Below, in pieces: positions 28,440 through 38,209 of a stretch of DNA of 64,000 bases. Source of the DNA: a candidate division Hyd24-12 bacterium UBA5074. GTDB lineage: Bacteria > Fermentibacterota > Fermentibacteria > Fermentibacterales > Fermentibacteraceae. The stretch's first letter is position 1; every line of letters starts with the position of its first letter. Below the pieces are notes generated by a model that was not told the DNA's origin, made no database searches, and saw only the letters and a program-made list of their open reading frames with translations. Location: contig DIAQ01000095.1 in assembly GCA_002414865.1 (NCBI GenBank), forward strand, positions 21,430 through 85,429, given 5' to 3'. Made by a program: the position numbers and the translations under genes.

Positions 28440-28801
28440 TGACCTCCCTGGTTCCTGTTGTTCTGACTGACGCCGTCGGCCGAGGCGCAGGAATCGTCGC
28501 CGACAGGGATCACATCCAGCACGAATTCGCTGAGTCCCCTGATCTTGACGGTCATGCCGTCCTGGAGCCGGGAGCTGCTCCTGCACCACCAGAGCTCGCC
28601 CCTGACCTCGACCACCCAGCGGTTGCGGAACCCGGGGCGACGGCTGATGACTCCGGTCAGCCCTATCATGCCCTCGTTCCCCGTCTGCACGGGGAGGTGC
28701 TGCGCCTTGAAGCCCAGCCATGCCAGGAACAGGGCGAAGGCTCCGCCGGCGATGCCTGCCGGGAGCCAGAAGCCCTCCGGAAGCGTGTACATGATGATCA
28801 C
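28436..28801 (-). CDS. NfeD-like membrane protein (short form), the operon partner of the SPFH protein.
   Basis: Two N-terminal TM helices plus a C-terminal OB-like domain [39 protein letters not shown] overlap with the SPFH start. Confidence 0.75.
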   Translation of the reverse strand: MIIMYTLPEGFWLPAGIAGGAFALFLAWLGFKAQHLPVQTGNEGMIGLTGVISRRPGFRNRWVVEVRGELWWCRSSSRLQDGMTVKIRGLSEFVLDVIPVGDDSCASADGVSQNNRNQGGQ

Positions 28802-29901
28802 ATCCTCCAGTCGGATGGTGTCTCCACCCCCTTCAGCTTGAGCTGAAGAGCGGTGGGATTGGAAGACGCCGCGAGGGCGGTCTCCTCTGTGATGCTGCCG
28901 TCCGCGAGGAGCCTCAGCAGGGCCATATCGAAGCTCTGCATGCCGTATTGCGGCCCGCTCGTCTCGATCGAGTCCCTTATCATGTAGGTCTTCTGGGGGT
29001 CGATGATGCAGGTCTGGATGAGCGCAGTGTGCACCATCACCTCGGCGGCGAGCACAAGCCCGGCGCCGCTCCTGTGAGGCAGCAGCCTCTGGCTGATCAC
29101 GGCCTTGATCAGTCCCCCGAGCTGCGTGCGAACCTGCTTCTGCTGGTGGGACGGGAACATGTCGATGATCCTGTTGATGGTTTCGGGGGCGTCCGAGGTG
29201 TGGAGTGTGCTGAGGACCAGGTGTCCGGTCTCGGCCCCCGTGAGAGCCACGGCCGCGCTCATCGAGTCGCGCATCTCGCCGATCAGGATCACGTCGGGAT
29301 CCTGCCGGAACACTGCGCGGAGGGCGCTGGCCCAGCTCTCGGTGTCGATGCCGACCTCCCGCTGGCTGATGCTGGAATTGCGGTCGTGGTGGAGGAACTC
29401 GATGGGATCCTCGATGCTGACGATGTGGCAGCGGCGGTTCTCGTTGATGTAGTCGATCATGGAGGCGAGCGTCGTGGACTTCCCGCTGCCGGTGGCCCCG
29501 GTCACGAGGACGAGGCCCCTCTGCTCCAGGGCGATGCGCTTCACGATCTGGGGCAGGCCGAGGCTGTCGATTTCAGGGATCTCGAATGGGATGCGCCGCA
29601 TTACGATGGCGGGATTGCCACGGGCGCGGAAGATGTTGACTCTGAACCTGGCCTTGCCGGCCAGGGAATGCGCTATGTCCAACTCCTGGCCTGCGTCGAA
29701 GGCGGCCTTCTGGGCGGGGGTCGTGAGCTCCTCGACCAGCTTGCCGACGTGCTCGGCGAGAAGAGGACCCAGACCCTCGGCGGGGATCATGGATCCGGAC
29801 TGGCGCAGGAGCGGCGGGCTCCCGGCCTTGAAATGGATGTCGCTCACGTCGTCGGCCAGGAGGATCGAAAGGAGCTTGTCCACCCCCCTGACGTCAGACA
29901 T
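28798..29901 (-). CDS. pilT: Type IV pilus retraction ATPase PilT.
   Basis: ATG at 29901 ([24 protein letters not shown]). Walker [10 protein letters not shown], an AIRH-like [20 protein letters not shown], and the His box. Confidence 0.9.
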   Translation of the reverse strand: MSDVRGVDKLLSILLADDVSDIHFKAGSPPLLRQSGSMIPAEGLGPLLAEHVGKLVEELTTPAQKAAFDAGQELDIAHSLAGKARFRVNIFRARGNPAIVMRRIPFEIPEIDSLGLPQIVKRIALEQRGLVLVTGATGSGKSTTLASMIDYINENRRCHIVSIEDPIEFLHHDRNSSISQREVGIDTESWASALRAVFRQDPDVILIGEMRDSMSAAVALTGAETGHLVLSTLHTSDAPETINRIIDMFPSHQQKQVRTQLGGLIKAVISQRLLPHRSGAGLVLAAEVMVHTALIQTCIIDPQKTYMIRDSIETSGPQYGMQSFDMALLRLLADGSITEETALAASSNPTALQLKLKGVETPSDWRM

Positions 29902-30457
29902 AGAGCCCCTCCCTGATCGCGTAATCGCACACGGAGCCGGGAGTAAGATAGCGCGCCCCCCTGCCCCGGGCAAACCGTCTCCGCAGCTCGCTCGACGAGA
30001 TGTCCACCCCCGGGATCTCGAAGACCTCGACCCTGGCGAGCAGTTCCGGATCGACCTCCACGGAGCTCCAGCCGGGCCTGGTGGCGGCGGCGAAAGCGGC
30101 TTCGTCGAGGAGCTCCGGGTAGCGCATCCATGTCGTGAGCTCGCAAAGGCTGTCCATGCCCATGAGGAACAGGACGCCGCCGAGCTTCTCCCTGGCTGTT
30201 CGGAGGAGCCTCCATGTGTACGACGGCTCGCCGGGGGTCTCCATGTCGCGGACCTCGAACCGGGGATCCGCTTCGACGGCGAGGACGGTCATCGCCATCC
30301 TGTGCTCGAACGGGCTCATGCCTCCGTTCTTGTGCGGAGGCACCCGGGCCGGCACGAAGACGACCTTCTCCAGATCGAAGCGGCTCATGGCCTCGTCGGC
30401 CAGGATCAGGTGCCCGTAGTGCGGAGGATCGAACGTCCCTCCGAGAAGGCCTGTCAT
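29894..30457 (-). CDS. nadD: Nicotinate-nucleotide adenylyltransferase.
   Basis: GGTFDPPHYGHL (H/T-x-G-H) motif. 187 aa. Confidence 0.9.
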   Translation of the reverse strand: MTGLLGGTFDPPHYGHLILADEAMSRFDLEKVVFVPARVPPHKNGGMSPFEHRMAMTVLAVEADPRFEVRDMETPGEPSYTWRLLRTAREKLGGVLFLMGMDSLCELTTWMRYPELLDEAAFAAATRPGWSSVEVDPELLARVEVFEIPGVDISSSELRRRFARGRGARYLTPGSVCDYAIREGLYV

Positions 30458-31218
30458 GTGGAGGAGATCTGCTCCAGGAGATCGAGGATCCTCTCGCGGT
30501 CCTCGCCGCTCAGATCGTCCTCGTCGAGGGCTCTCTGGAGGTTCGTCCTCGCGGAGTAGGTATTCCCCGTGGCGCTGTAGAGCTCACCCATGGCGTAGAG
30601 GATGCGCCCGCGGCATCCGAAGCCGGAGTAGTCCTCCAGAGCCTCCCTGTAGTAGAGGAGCGCGGCGTCGGTAAGACCTCTCCGGGCGTAGAAGCGGCCG
30701 ATGAACAGGGAGCGCATGGCGAGCTGGGCGTCGCAGCTGTCTGAGAGGGCTGTCACCTGGGACATCAGATCGGAGCCCGGGAAGGACTCCTGGAACTTCG
30801 CCAGCTCCTCCCTGGCCGCGAACACCTGCGTCAGGTCCCTGCGGTAGTCTCTCTTCTGCAGCCAGAAGACCCTTGCCAGACCGAACTGGGAGTCGTCGGC
30901 GAGGCCGCTTCGCGGGTACTCGGCGAGCACCCGGCGGAAGTTGAACTCGGCTTCGGGCCACAGCCTCTGCTTCGCCTCGGCGACAGCCAGCCTGTAGAGG
31001 TAGAGGTCCGTGTCGGTGGCTCCGGGATAATCGAAGAGGATCTCGGTGTAGAGAACCTCTGCGTCGTGCCAGGTACCGGCCTGGAAACACCTGTCGGCCT
31101 GCGCTCCAAGCTCTTCGAGCGGGAGCCCGGACCGGATTCCGGCGCTGCCGCAGCCCGCAGCCAGCAACGCGAGGAGAACTGCGATTCGCTTGGTCATGCT
31201 GAACGCCGCGCCCTTCAT
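30454..31218 (-). CDS. BamD/ComL-like TPR outer-membrane lipoprotein.
   Basis: Lipobox AVLLALLAAGCGS. TPR-like helices with FGLARVFWLQKRDYRRD. The ATG at 31218 overlaps the upstream TGA stop (ATGA); an alternative ATG exists at 31197. Confidence 0.7.
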   Translation of the reverse strand: MKGAAFSMTKRIAVLLALLAAGCGSAGIRSGLPLEELGAQADRCFQAGTWHDAEVLYTEILFDYPGATDTDLYLYRLAVAEAKQRLWPEAEFNFRRVLAEYPRSGLADDSQFGLARVFWLQKRDYRRDLTQVFAAREELAKFQESFPGSDLMSQVTALSDSCDAQLAMRSLFIGRFYARRGLTDAALLYYREALEDYSGFGCRGRILYAMGELYSATGNTYSARTNLQRALDEDDLSGEDRERILDLLEQISST

Positions 31219-32192
31219 GGCAGTAGGTACATCAGGGAGTCGCGCCTGGCCTCGGCGATCGCCGCCGCCGGGCTCGAGAGGCCGGGAGCCGCAGTGCAGG
31301 CCGAACGGTACCAGTCGAGCGCTCCGGCAGGATCGCCGGCGGCTTCCGCCATCCCGCCGAGCTGGACGGCAGCTTCCACGCGATCGCCCGCGAAGTCGGA
31401 GGACCAGACTTCGAGCAGCTTCTCCCTGGCCAGCGAGATCCTCCCCTGCTGCAGGTCCTCCCCGGCAAGGGAGAGGAGCAGGCGCATGCGGCGCTCCCGC
31501 AGCTCGGGAGCCATGCCGCCCGCCCGGTCGAGCTCGGTCAGCACCTCGAGCTCATCGGATGCCCGGTCGGTGAGAGGGAACAGCCGGGCCTCGGCTCCGA
31601 GGACCAGTCCGCGCAGATCGGTCCTCCTCAGGGGGATCCTGCCCAGCTCCACCAGGAACTCCCCGGCGGCCGCCCGCAACATGCTGTCGCCTTCCCCGGC
31701 CAGCGCGACGGAGTCGGGGACAGATGCCACGAGAGCGAGGTGCCCGGAGGCGAACACCCCTCTGAAAAGCCATTCGTCCTCGAAGAGGCCTCCGGCGCCC
31801 GAGCATGCCAGGGTGCTCTCGAAAGCCGCGAAGGCCTGGAGCGAATCCCTGTCCCTGGCCATCTCCCAGCCCAGCCGCCTCCATAGCTCCCCAAGCCTCT
31901 CGCGGTCGGTGAACGTGGAGTCGGCCTGGAGGATGGAAAGAGCCTCCATGGTCTTCTGTCTGAAGATCCGGCTCCTCTCCGCTCCGCTTGCGAGCAGGGC
32001 CGTCTCGGCGTATTCGGCCACCAGCCCGGCGTCGGGGGTGTCGGTGGCTTCCAGGGCCTCCTCGTAGAGGGCCACGGCCTCCGCGAAGTGCCCGGACTGC
32101 CTGAGGATGCGGGCCTCCTCCAGGGCCGAGGAGCCATCCGGTCCGCCGCACGCGGTCAGCAGCAGCAGGGCTGCCGCAGGGAGCTTCCTCAT
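31215..32192 (-). CDS. Hypothetical TPR-like lipoprotein.
   Basis: ATG at 32192 overlaps the upstream TGA stop (ATGA). Lipobox MRKLPAAALLLLTACGG. Helical repeats AEAVALYEEALEA. The upstream R-rich part of ORF 31215..32432 is rejected. Confidence 0.55.
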   Translation of the reverse strand: MRKLPAAALLLLTACGGPDGSSALEEARILRQSGHFAEAVALYEEALEATDTPDAGLVAEYAETALLASGAERSRIFRQKTMEALSILQADSTFTDRERLGELWRRLGWEMARDRDSLQAFAAFESTLACSGAGGLFEDEWLFRGVFASGHLALVASVPDSVALAGEGDSMLRAAAGEFLVELGRIPLRRTDLRGLVLGAEARLFPLTDRASDELEVLTELDRAGGMAPELRERRMRLLLSLAGEDLQQGRISLAREKLLEVWSSDFAGDRVEAAVQLGGMAEAAGDPAGALDWYRSACTAAPGLSSPAAAIAEARRDSLMYLLP

Positions 32193-32788
32193 TCGGCCCT
32201 GCTGGAGTAGAAGAGGTAGATGAGGCTCGCGACCACTCCCGTCACGACGAGGGGCTCGAGTATCCCTCCGCCGGCCTCCTGCGGCTCTCCTCCGGTGAGC
32301 CACTCCTGGCCGGAGGATCCCTGCAGCTCTGCGAGATCGGAGGCGGGGATCCGGTCCTGGTCCGATCCGCCGCAGCGCCATGACCTCCGGACCGATGCGG
32401 AGCCGTCGAGGAGTTCCGCGGAGATCTCGCACCTGACGGCCCTGTCGATGCGGCTGCCGCCCAGGAACCAGGATCTGCCGGCATCGTCGAGGCTCACGGA
32501 GAGCTCCATGACGCGGAGCCTGAGCACGGTTCCGGGATCGCCCTCGGCCGCCCGCTCTCCCAGGACCGGCACGCCGGACTCCACCAGGAGGTTCGTGGCC
32601 ACCTGCTGGACGAGCCAGTTCCCCTGGAAGTCGCCCGCCAGCTCGAGCCTGGCCGATTGGACGCCCGCATCCGAGAGGGAATCGGTCAGACCGGCAAGAG
32701 ACTCCATAACAACCTGTTCAGCCATCTCGAGATTCGTGGGATGCCCGGATACACCGGTGAGCGCGATAGTCAGGAGTAACGCCAGCAT
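32189..32788 (-). CDS. Hypothetical secreted/membrane protein.
   Basis: Signal peptide MLALLLTIALTGVSG and a C-terminal hydrophobic segment LVVTGVVASLIYLF. No recognisable motif. Confidence 0.45.
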   Translation of the reverse strand: MLALLLTIALTGVSGHPTNLEMAEQVVMESLAGLTDSLSDAGVQSARLELAGDFQGNWLVQQVATNLLVESGVPVLGERAAEGDPGTVLRLRVMELSVSLDDAGRSWFLGGSRIDRAVRCEISAELLDGSASVRRSWRCGGSDQDRIPASDLAELQGSSGQEWLTGGEPQEAGGGILEPLVVTGVVASLIYLFYSSRAE

Positions 32789-32791
32789 TTC

Positions 32792-34111
32792 CTATCCATC
32801 CTCTTTCGAGCGGGTTTGGCAAGAAGCATCGGAAGGCCGGGGCGCCCTGTCAATTCCTCGCGGTGCGGGGGTGACCGTCATATCGAGCCCTGTGAACTCG
32901 TCCACGCGGCAGGAGTAGACCTTCCCCGGCGTCACCCTCCTGCTGAATGTGCAGCGGCCGTCCACGGCCGGAGCGTCGAATCTCCCATGGCCGGTCCTGG
33001 ATGTCTCTGCGAGCACCTCCAGGGGTCCCAGGCCCAGCCTCGCGGCCCAGGCAGCCGCCGCGGCATCCCCGATCGAGCCGAGAACGGAGAGTCGATAGGC
33101 GGTTACATCCCCGGGAATCCTCGAAGCGGCCCTCGAGTGCTCGAGAGTGCCTTCCTCGTCGTAATACGGAAAGGCCACGAGGCTCCTGAGAGCCCTCGCG
33201 CCCGAGAGGAATTCACACAGGTCGTCGAAGTCGGCATCCCCCTCGCCGGGGTACCCCGCGATCACGGTGGCCCTGAGGGCGATGTCGAGGCCTGCCGAGT
33301 CCACCAGATCCAGGATCCGCTCGAGTTTCTCCCTGCCGTAGGGCCTCCCCATCCTGCGGAGCAGGTCCCCGCTGGAGTGCTGGACAGGCAGGTCGAGCCA
33401 GGGCATGACGTTGTGCCTGCGGGCGAACAGCCCGGGGAGCTCCTCCGGGAAGTGCGCGGGATGGATGTAGTAGAGCCTCCACCAGACGGATTCCCACGTT
33501 CCTGCCAGCTCGTCGGCGAGCTGCACGAGACCGGTCCCCCCGTCGCGCCACATCGAGGAATCCTGAGCCACGAGCCCTATCTCCGACGCCCCCGACTCCA
33601 CCATCTCACCGGCCCGTGCGAGGATCGTCTCCCTCCGCTCGGGGCGGAAAGGTCCCCTGATGGAAGGTATCGTGCAGTAGGCGCAGCGGTTGTCGCATCC
33701 GTCAGCGATCCTCAGGTAGCGGAGGATCCGGCCTTCCAGCGGCAGCTGGCCACAGGGCCCGCCTTGGGTGCCGAGGTAGCCTGACAACCTGGAGAACTCT
33801 CCCGGCAGGAGGAGGAGGTCGACGGATTCCAGCCCGCCGCTCCCGTCGTCCCGGAACCTTCCGGGAAGGCACCCGGCCAGGACGAGACGCCGCCCGACGC
33901 GCCGGTTCCTCCATTCCTCGGCCTGGTAGAACGCCTCTAGGGACTCCTCCACCGCGGGGGCGATGAAGGCACAGGTGTTGAGGAGCAGCAGGTCCGAGGA
34001 CTCGGGATCGTCGGAGACGGCCCAGCCCGCGCGGGAGAAGATCCCCGCGAACAGCTCCGACTCGACGGAGTTCTTGGGGCACCCGAGCGTCCTTATGCAG
34101 GCCGTGGGCAA
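32792..34111 (-). CDS. rimO: Ribosomal protein S12 methylthiotransferase RimO (MiaB-family MTTase).
   Basis: MTTase N-domain IRTLGCPKN...LLLNTCAF, radical SAM motif CDNRCAYCTIP and a C-terminal TRAM-like domain. Confidence 0.85.
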   Translation of the reverse strand: MPTACIRTLGCPKNSVESELFAGIFSRAGWAVSDDPESSDLLLLNTCAFIAPAVEESLEAFYQAEEWRNRRVGRRLVLAGCLPGRFRDDGSGGLESVDLLLLPGEFSRLSGYLGTQGGPCGQLPLEGRILRYLRIADGCDNRCAYCTIPSIRGPFRPERRETILARAGEMVESGASEIGLVAQDSSMWRDGGTGLVQLADELAGTWESVWWRLYYIHPAHFPEELPGLFARRHNVMPWLDLPVQHSSGDLLRRMGRPYGREKLERILDLVDSAGLDIALRATVIAGYPGEGDADFDDLCEFLSGARALRSLVAFPYYDEEGTLEHSRAASRIPGDVTAYRLSVLGSIGDAAAAAWAARLGLGPLEVLAETSRTGHGRFDAPAVDGRCTFSRRVTPGKVYSCRVDEFTGLDMTVTPAPRGIDRAPRPSDASCQTRSKEDG

Positions 34112-34113
34112 CT

Positions 34114-34695
34114 TCAGACGTCCCCGGGCCTGACCACGGAAAACCCCTCCGGCACGCTCAGGGCGAACCGGCCCCCGGGGACGGTCCTCCGCGTCGTCGG
34201 GGAGCCCAGGACCCAGGTGGTGCGGTTGCCGTTGGAGTCGGTCGTGCAGAGGCTGCGGGGCAGGCTGTCGGAGGAGGTGAACTCCACGGTCATCCCGGTG
34301 ATGCCATCTCCCAGATCTCCGGCGAGGACCACGGTGACAGTGTCGCCGCTCTCCGACACGGATTCCACCAGCGACGGGTCGGAGTCGAGATCGAGGAAGG
34401 CGAGCAGGCTGGAACCCTCCCCGCCCGAGAGCAGGACCTCCCGGGAGGCGGGCTCGACCGTGTACACCGTCTCGCCGTCGCAGCCTACGATGCGGCCCGC
34501 CGGGTCTTCATAGTCGAGTCTGAAGAGGTCGGGCGAAGCCAGGCTGATATGCCCGGAGCTGATCTCCTCGTCCCGTGTGAGAGCCCAGTAGTCGGTCTGC
34601 ACGAAGTCGGCCTCCAGGAAGGCGGAGGCCGACAGCCTGGCCGACAGCGGATCGAGAGGAGAGGCCGTCGCCAGGATCAGGATGGCGATATGCAT
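34114..34695 (-). CDS. LolA-like outer-membrane lipoprotein carrier protein.
   Basis: Signal peptide MHIAILILATASP. FLEADFVQTDYWALTRDEEISSGHISLASPDLFRLDYEDPAGRIV fits the LolA fold signature. Confidence 0.65.
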   Translation of the reverse strand: MHIAILILATASPLDPLSARLSASAFLEADFVQTDYWALTRDEEISSGHISLASPDLFRLDYEDPAGRIVGCDGETVYTVEPASREVLLSGGEGSSLLAFLDLDSDPSLVESVSESGDTVTVVLAGDLGDGITGMTVEFTSSDSLPRSLCTTDSNGNRTTWVLGSPTTRRTVPGGRFALSVPEGFSVVRPGDV

Positions 34696-34713
34696 GTATC
34701 GAGCCTTTCCGGA

Positions 34714-35340
34714 TCAGTTCTGACCGGGCATGGGCGCCGAGCTGCCCACCACCGCGTCGCTTCCCACGACGACCACGAGGCCGGAATGGCCAGGCAGGAT
34801 GGCTGATGTGATCTGCCCGCCGGGCTGGACCGGTATCGTCACGGGCTGCGTGAGCCAGTTCGCCAGTGTGTCGGCGAGGACGAGAGCCTCGTCCCTCAGC
34901 CCGTCAGGATAGAGAACCAGCGTCATGTCCGGGGATCCGTCGTCCTCCACCACCGTGGCGTCGTAGCCCGCGGCGGAAAGGGCCGCTGCTATCCGCGTCA
35001 TGCGGGGGGAGCTGGCCGCCAGCCCCACGACCGCAACCGAGGGCCCGGGCAGCGGAGGCGTGCCCGAGGAATCGGCGGACGGGCCTCCGAGGTCGGAGTC
35101 GATCCTCCTTATGGCCAGCCGGGCCTCGCCCACGAGAGGCGAGTCAGGAAACCCGTAGACGACGGAGTTGAATTCCTCGCGTGAACGCGAGAGGCTGCCG
35201 CGGAAATAGAGCTGGCTCGCCCTCGCGAATGTGGCCATCTCGTCGCGGCCCTGCACCAGTCCGCCTTCGTCGGTCCCCGGTCCTCCGGAGCCGCAGCTGC
35301 ACAGCAGCGCTGCAAGAGCGAGGGCCTGCAATCGCGACAT
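34714..35340 (-). CDS. Lipoprotein with a LytR_C-like C-terminal domain.
   Basis: Lipobox MSRLQALALAALLCSCGSG. C-terminal PSVAVVGLAASSPRMTRIAAALSAAGYDATVVED...TLVLYPDG...ALVLADTL. Confidence 0.6.
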   Translation of the reverse strand: MSRLQALALAALLCSCGSGGPGTDEGGLVQGRDEMATFARASQLYFRGSLSRSREEFNSVVYGFPDSPLVGEARLAIRRIDSDLGGPSADSSGTPPLPGPSVAVVGLAASSPRMTRIAAALSAAGYDATVVEDDGSPDMTLVLYPDGLRDEALVLADTLANWLTQPVTIPVQPGGQITSAILPGHSGLVVVVGSDAVVGSSAPMPGQN

Positions 35341-37613
35341 CAGCCTTCCTCCGTCCCGCGGGGCGTTTCGTCCCTCTTCCCGTAGACTTCGCGGCGCTTG
35401 CCGCCCTGGAAGGGCCCTATCACGCCCTCCTCCTGGAGCAGCTCGATCAGCCTGGCGGCCCTCGGGTAGCCCAGCCCGAGCTTCTTCTGGAGGAAGGTCA
35501 CCGAGGCCGTCTTCGAGTTGATGACGAGATCCCTCGCCGTGTCGAGCAGCTCATCCGCTTTTACATCGCCGGCCTGCGGAGTGTTCCCCGGATCCCCCTC
35601 CCGGATGGAGAACCCGTGCTCCGTCTTCAGCGCCTGATCCTTCCAGAATTCGACGATGCTCCTGGCCTCGGAGGTGGACACGTTGGAGCCGTGGATCCTT
35701 ATCGGCTCGGATGAAGTGGCCTGGAGGAACAGCATGTCACCTCTCCCGAGCAGCTTCTCCGCTCCGTTGGCATCGAGGATGGTCCTGGAGTCCGTCTTCG
35801 ACATGACGTTGAAGGCTATCCTGGAAGGGAAGTTGGCCTTTATCACGCCCGTGATGACATCGACGGAGGGCCTCTGGGTGGCGACGACGAGATGGATGCC
35901 AACGGCCCTGGCCTTCTGGGCAAGCCTGCAGATCGGCAGCTCCACCTCGTTGCCGGAGGTCTGCATCAGGTCGTACAGCTCGTCGATGAACAGGACGATG
36001 TACGGCATGGGAACCGCATCGGGCGGCGGGGCGGTGTTGAACTCGTCGATGGTCCTCGCCCTCGCCTTCTCCAGAGTCCTGTAGCGGTTGTCCATCTCTA
36101 CGACGAGGGATTCCAGGAGCTGCCTGGCCTTCTTCGGATCGACGATGACGGGGGCCCAGAGGTGGGGCACGTCCTCGTAGATTGCCAGCTCGACCCTCTT
36201 CGGATCGACCAGGGCCAGCCTCACCTGCTCGGGCTTCCTCGTCATCAGGAGAGTGCAGATCATGCTGTGGATGCTGACGCTCTTGCCCGAGCCGGTGGCC
36301 CCGGCCACGAGCAGGTGCGGAGCCTCGGTGAGGTCGGTCACGAACGGCTCGCCTTCGAGCTTCTTGCCGAGGGCCAGGGGAAGCTTCACGCCCGGTGGCA
36401 CGGCCTGGAGGATCTCACTGAGGAAGACGGGCTCGGGGTTGGAATTGGGCACCTCCACCCCCACCGCATCCCTGCCCGGGATGGGCGCCAGGATGCGTAT
36501 CCTCTTGGCCTTGAGCGCAAGGGCGAGGTCGTCCGAGAGGCCGAGGATGCTGTTCACGCGGACGCCCTGGCCCGGCTTCAGCTCGAACCGGGTCAGCACG
36601 GGGCCGGCCCTGTGTCCGGTCACCCTGCACGAGACGCCGAAGTCGGCGAGCTTCTTCTCCAGAAGGGCTGCCTTCTCGAGCAGCTCGGACTCGGGCACGC
36701 CCCTGGGAGCACCCCTCGAGGGCGCCTCGAGCATGTCGAGCTTCGGCAGGGTCGCCCTGGAGGTGAACGCCTGTACCGCAGGCAGGCCCGCAGACAGAGC
36801 GCCCTCCGGGGACCCGGGGGCACGCACAGGCTCCTCTGCGCGCTCCTTCAGGGGCTCCCTCGCCGGCGCCGCCGACCTGGCTGGAAACCTGTCCGCGGAG
36901 TCCGCCGGGGGCAGAACAGGAGCGCTCCCCGCAATCTCCGGGAGAAGGTCCCTGTCGCTGTCGGCGAGACCCTGGATGATGATGGGCGGGGTATCCTGGC
37001 GCTCAGGCCTGTCCCAGGCATGGCGCTCCATGAAAGGCGGCGGCGCAGGAGGGGCCGGGGTCTCCCCGTCCCTCCCGGGCCTGGCCCTGGGCTTCGGAGC
37101 GGCGCTCTTCGCCGCCCTTCCCAGGAGGAGCAGATCATCCGCCAGGTCCCAGCCTGTGAAGATGACGAGCGCCGTTATGAGGCATGCGAGCAGGATGAGA
37201 TAAGCCACCAGGGATCCGGCGGACTTCTCGAGGAGCTCGACCGTGCTGTGCGCGAGCAGGCCGCCCGGTCTGCCGGCGATGGCGGGGTTGAAGCGGCTGC
37301 CGACCATGTCCGTGAGGGCGGCCAGGAAGTAGCCGGTCACGCCTGTCCCGAGGATGGTCGTGAAGCCTCCCCGGAGCGCTGACGCGCTGAGGGTCCTCAC
37401 GGCGCACATCAGAAGCAGTGCCGGGAGGAGGAAGGACAGGAATCCGGCGCTTCCATAGAGGGCCTGCCTCACCTGGGCCCCCACCCTGCCCCAGGGGGGC
37501 ACGACGAGGAGGACGAGCAGGGAGATCCCTGTGAAGATGCAGGCGACCACGACTATGCTGCGCAGGCTGCTGCGTCGGCGCCTGGCCCTGGACCTGCTCC
37601 GCGCGCGTGCCAT
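35340..37613 (-). CDS. ftsK: DNA translocase FtsK/SpoIIIE.
   Basis: N-terminal TM helices, a Pro/Ala-rich linker, the motor domain [19 protein letters not shown] and a C-terminal gamma (winged-helix) domain. ATG at 37613 overlaps the HU-gene TGA stop (ATGA). Confidence 0.9.
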   Translation of the reverse strand: MARARSRSRARRRRSSLRSIVVVACIFTGISLLVLLVVPPWGRVGAQVRQALYGSAGFLSFLLPALLLMCAVRTLSASALRGGFTTILGTGVTGYFLAALTDMVGSRFNPAIAGRPGGLLAHSTVELLEKSAGSLVAYLILLACLITALVIFTGWDLADDLLLLGRAAKSAAPKPRARPGRDGETPAPPAPPPFMERHAWDRPERQDTPPIIIQGLADSDRDLLPEIAGSAPVLPPADSADRFPARSAAPAREPLKERAEEPVRAPGSPEGALSAGLPAVQAFTSRATLPKLDMLEAPSRGAPRGVPESELLEKAALLEKKLADFGVSCRVTGHRAGPVLTRFELKPGQGVRVNSILGLSDDLALALKAKRIRILAPIPGRDAVGVEVPNSNPEPVFLSEILQAVPPGVKLPLALGKKLEGEPFVTDLTEAPHLLVAGATGSGKSVSIHSMICTLLMTRKPEQVRLALVDPKRVELAIYEDVPHLWAPVIVDPKKARQLLESLVVEMDNRYRTLEKARARTIDEFNTAPPPDAVPMPYIVLFIDELYDLMQTSGNEVELPICRLAQKARAVGIHLVVATQRPSVDVITGVIKANFPSRIAFNVMSKTDSRTILDANGAEKLLGRGDMLFLQATSSEPIRIHGSNVSTSEARSIVEFWKDQALKTEHGFSIREGDPGNTPQAGDVKADELLDTARDLVINSKTASVTFLQKKLGLGYPRAARLIELLQEEGVIGPFQGGKRREVYGKRDETPRGTEEG

Positions 37614-38143
37614 CAGACGGTCCTCACGGAATCCCCGCGGCCGTCGGAGGGGGTCCGCGGATCGCAGAGGAGCGCGCCGTCCACCCAGAACCTGTAGGAC
37701 ACTATGGCTCCGGCCGGGAGGGGCACCTCGGCAACCCAGCTGCCGTCCGGGAGTCGCTGCATGGGATTGGCGGAGGAGTCCCAGCCGTTGAAGCTGCCGA
37801 CGACCGATACTGCCGACGCTCCGGGAGCGCCTGCGTAGACGAACGGCACGCGTGTCATCCGGGACAGGGCCGAGCTCACGGATTCCCTCAGCCTGTCATA
37901 TGGCCTGAAGGAGGGGCGGACCTTCGGGGGGATCTCGATGATGCCGTCGCCCCTGGGATCGCGGGCCCGCCGGGAGCCCGCAGACCGGGCCTCGAAGCAG
38001 CCGAAGCCCCGGAGGTAGACCGATCCTCCCGAGCAGAGGACCTCGGAGATCACCGCGAGGGCGCTCTCCACGACAGCCTGCGCCTCTCTCCTCGTCACTC
38101 CGGTCCTGATGGCGACCTCGCGCGCCAGCTCATCCCTGGTCAG
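37613..38143 (-). CDS. HU/IHF-family DNA-binding domain fused to a C-terminal CBM48/AMPK-beta glycogen-binding-like domain. A CTG start is proposed.
   Basis: ORF track starts at GTG 38098 (VTRREAQAVVESALAVISEVLCSGGSVYLRGFGCFEARSAGSRRARDPRGDGIIEIPPKVRPSF = HU body). In-frame upstream codons encode DLTRDELAREVAIRTG (HU helix 1) preceded by TAG, with CTG at 38143-38141 and GGAGGT 6 nt upstream. C-terminal VPFVYAGAPGASAVSVVGSFNGWD...WVAEVPLPAGAIVSYRFWVDGALLCDP matches the CBM48 pattern. Confidence 0.65.
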   Translation of the reverse strand: MTRDELAREVAIRTGVTRREAQAVVESALAVISEVLCSGGSVYLRGFGCFEARSAGSRRARDPRGDGIIEIPPKVRPSFRPYDRLRESVSSALSRMTRVPFVYAGAPGASAVSVVGSFNGWDSSANPMQRLPDGSWVAEVPLPAGAIVSYRFWVDGALLCDPRTPSDGRGDSVRTV

Positions 38144-38209
38144 GTCGGCACCTCCAGTCTATCTCCCCATGCGAACGGTCATTGACGCTATGCTGCCCGT
38201 CTCCGCCTG

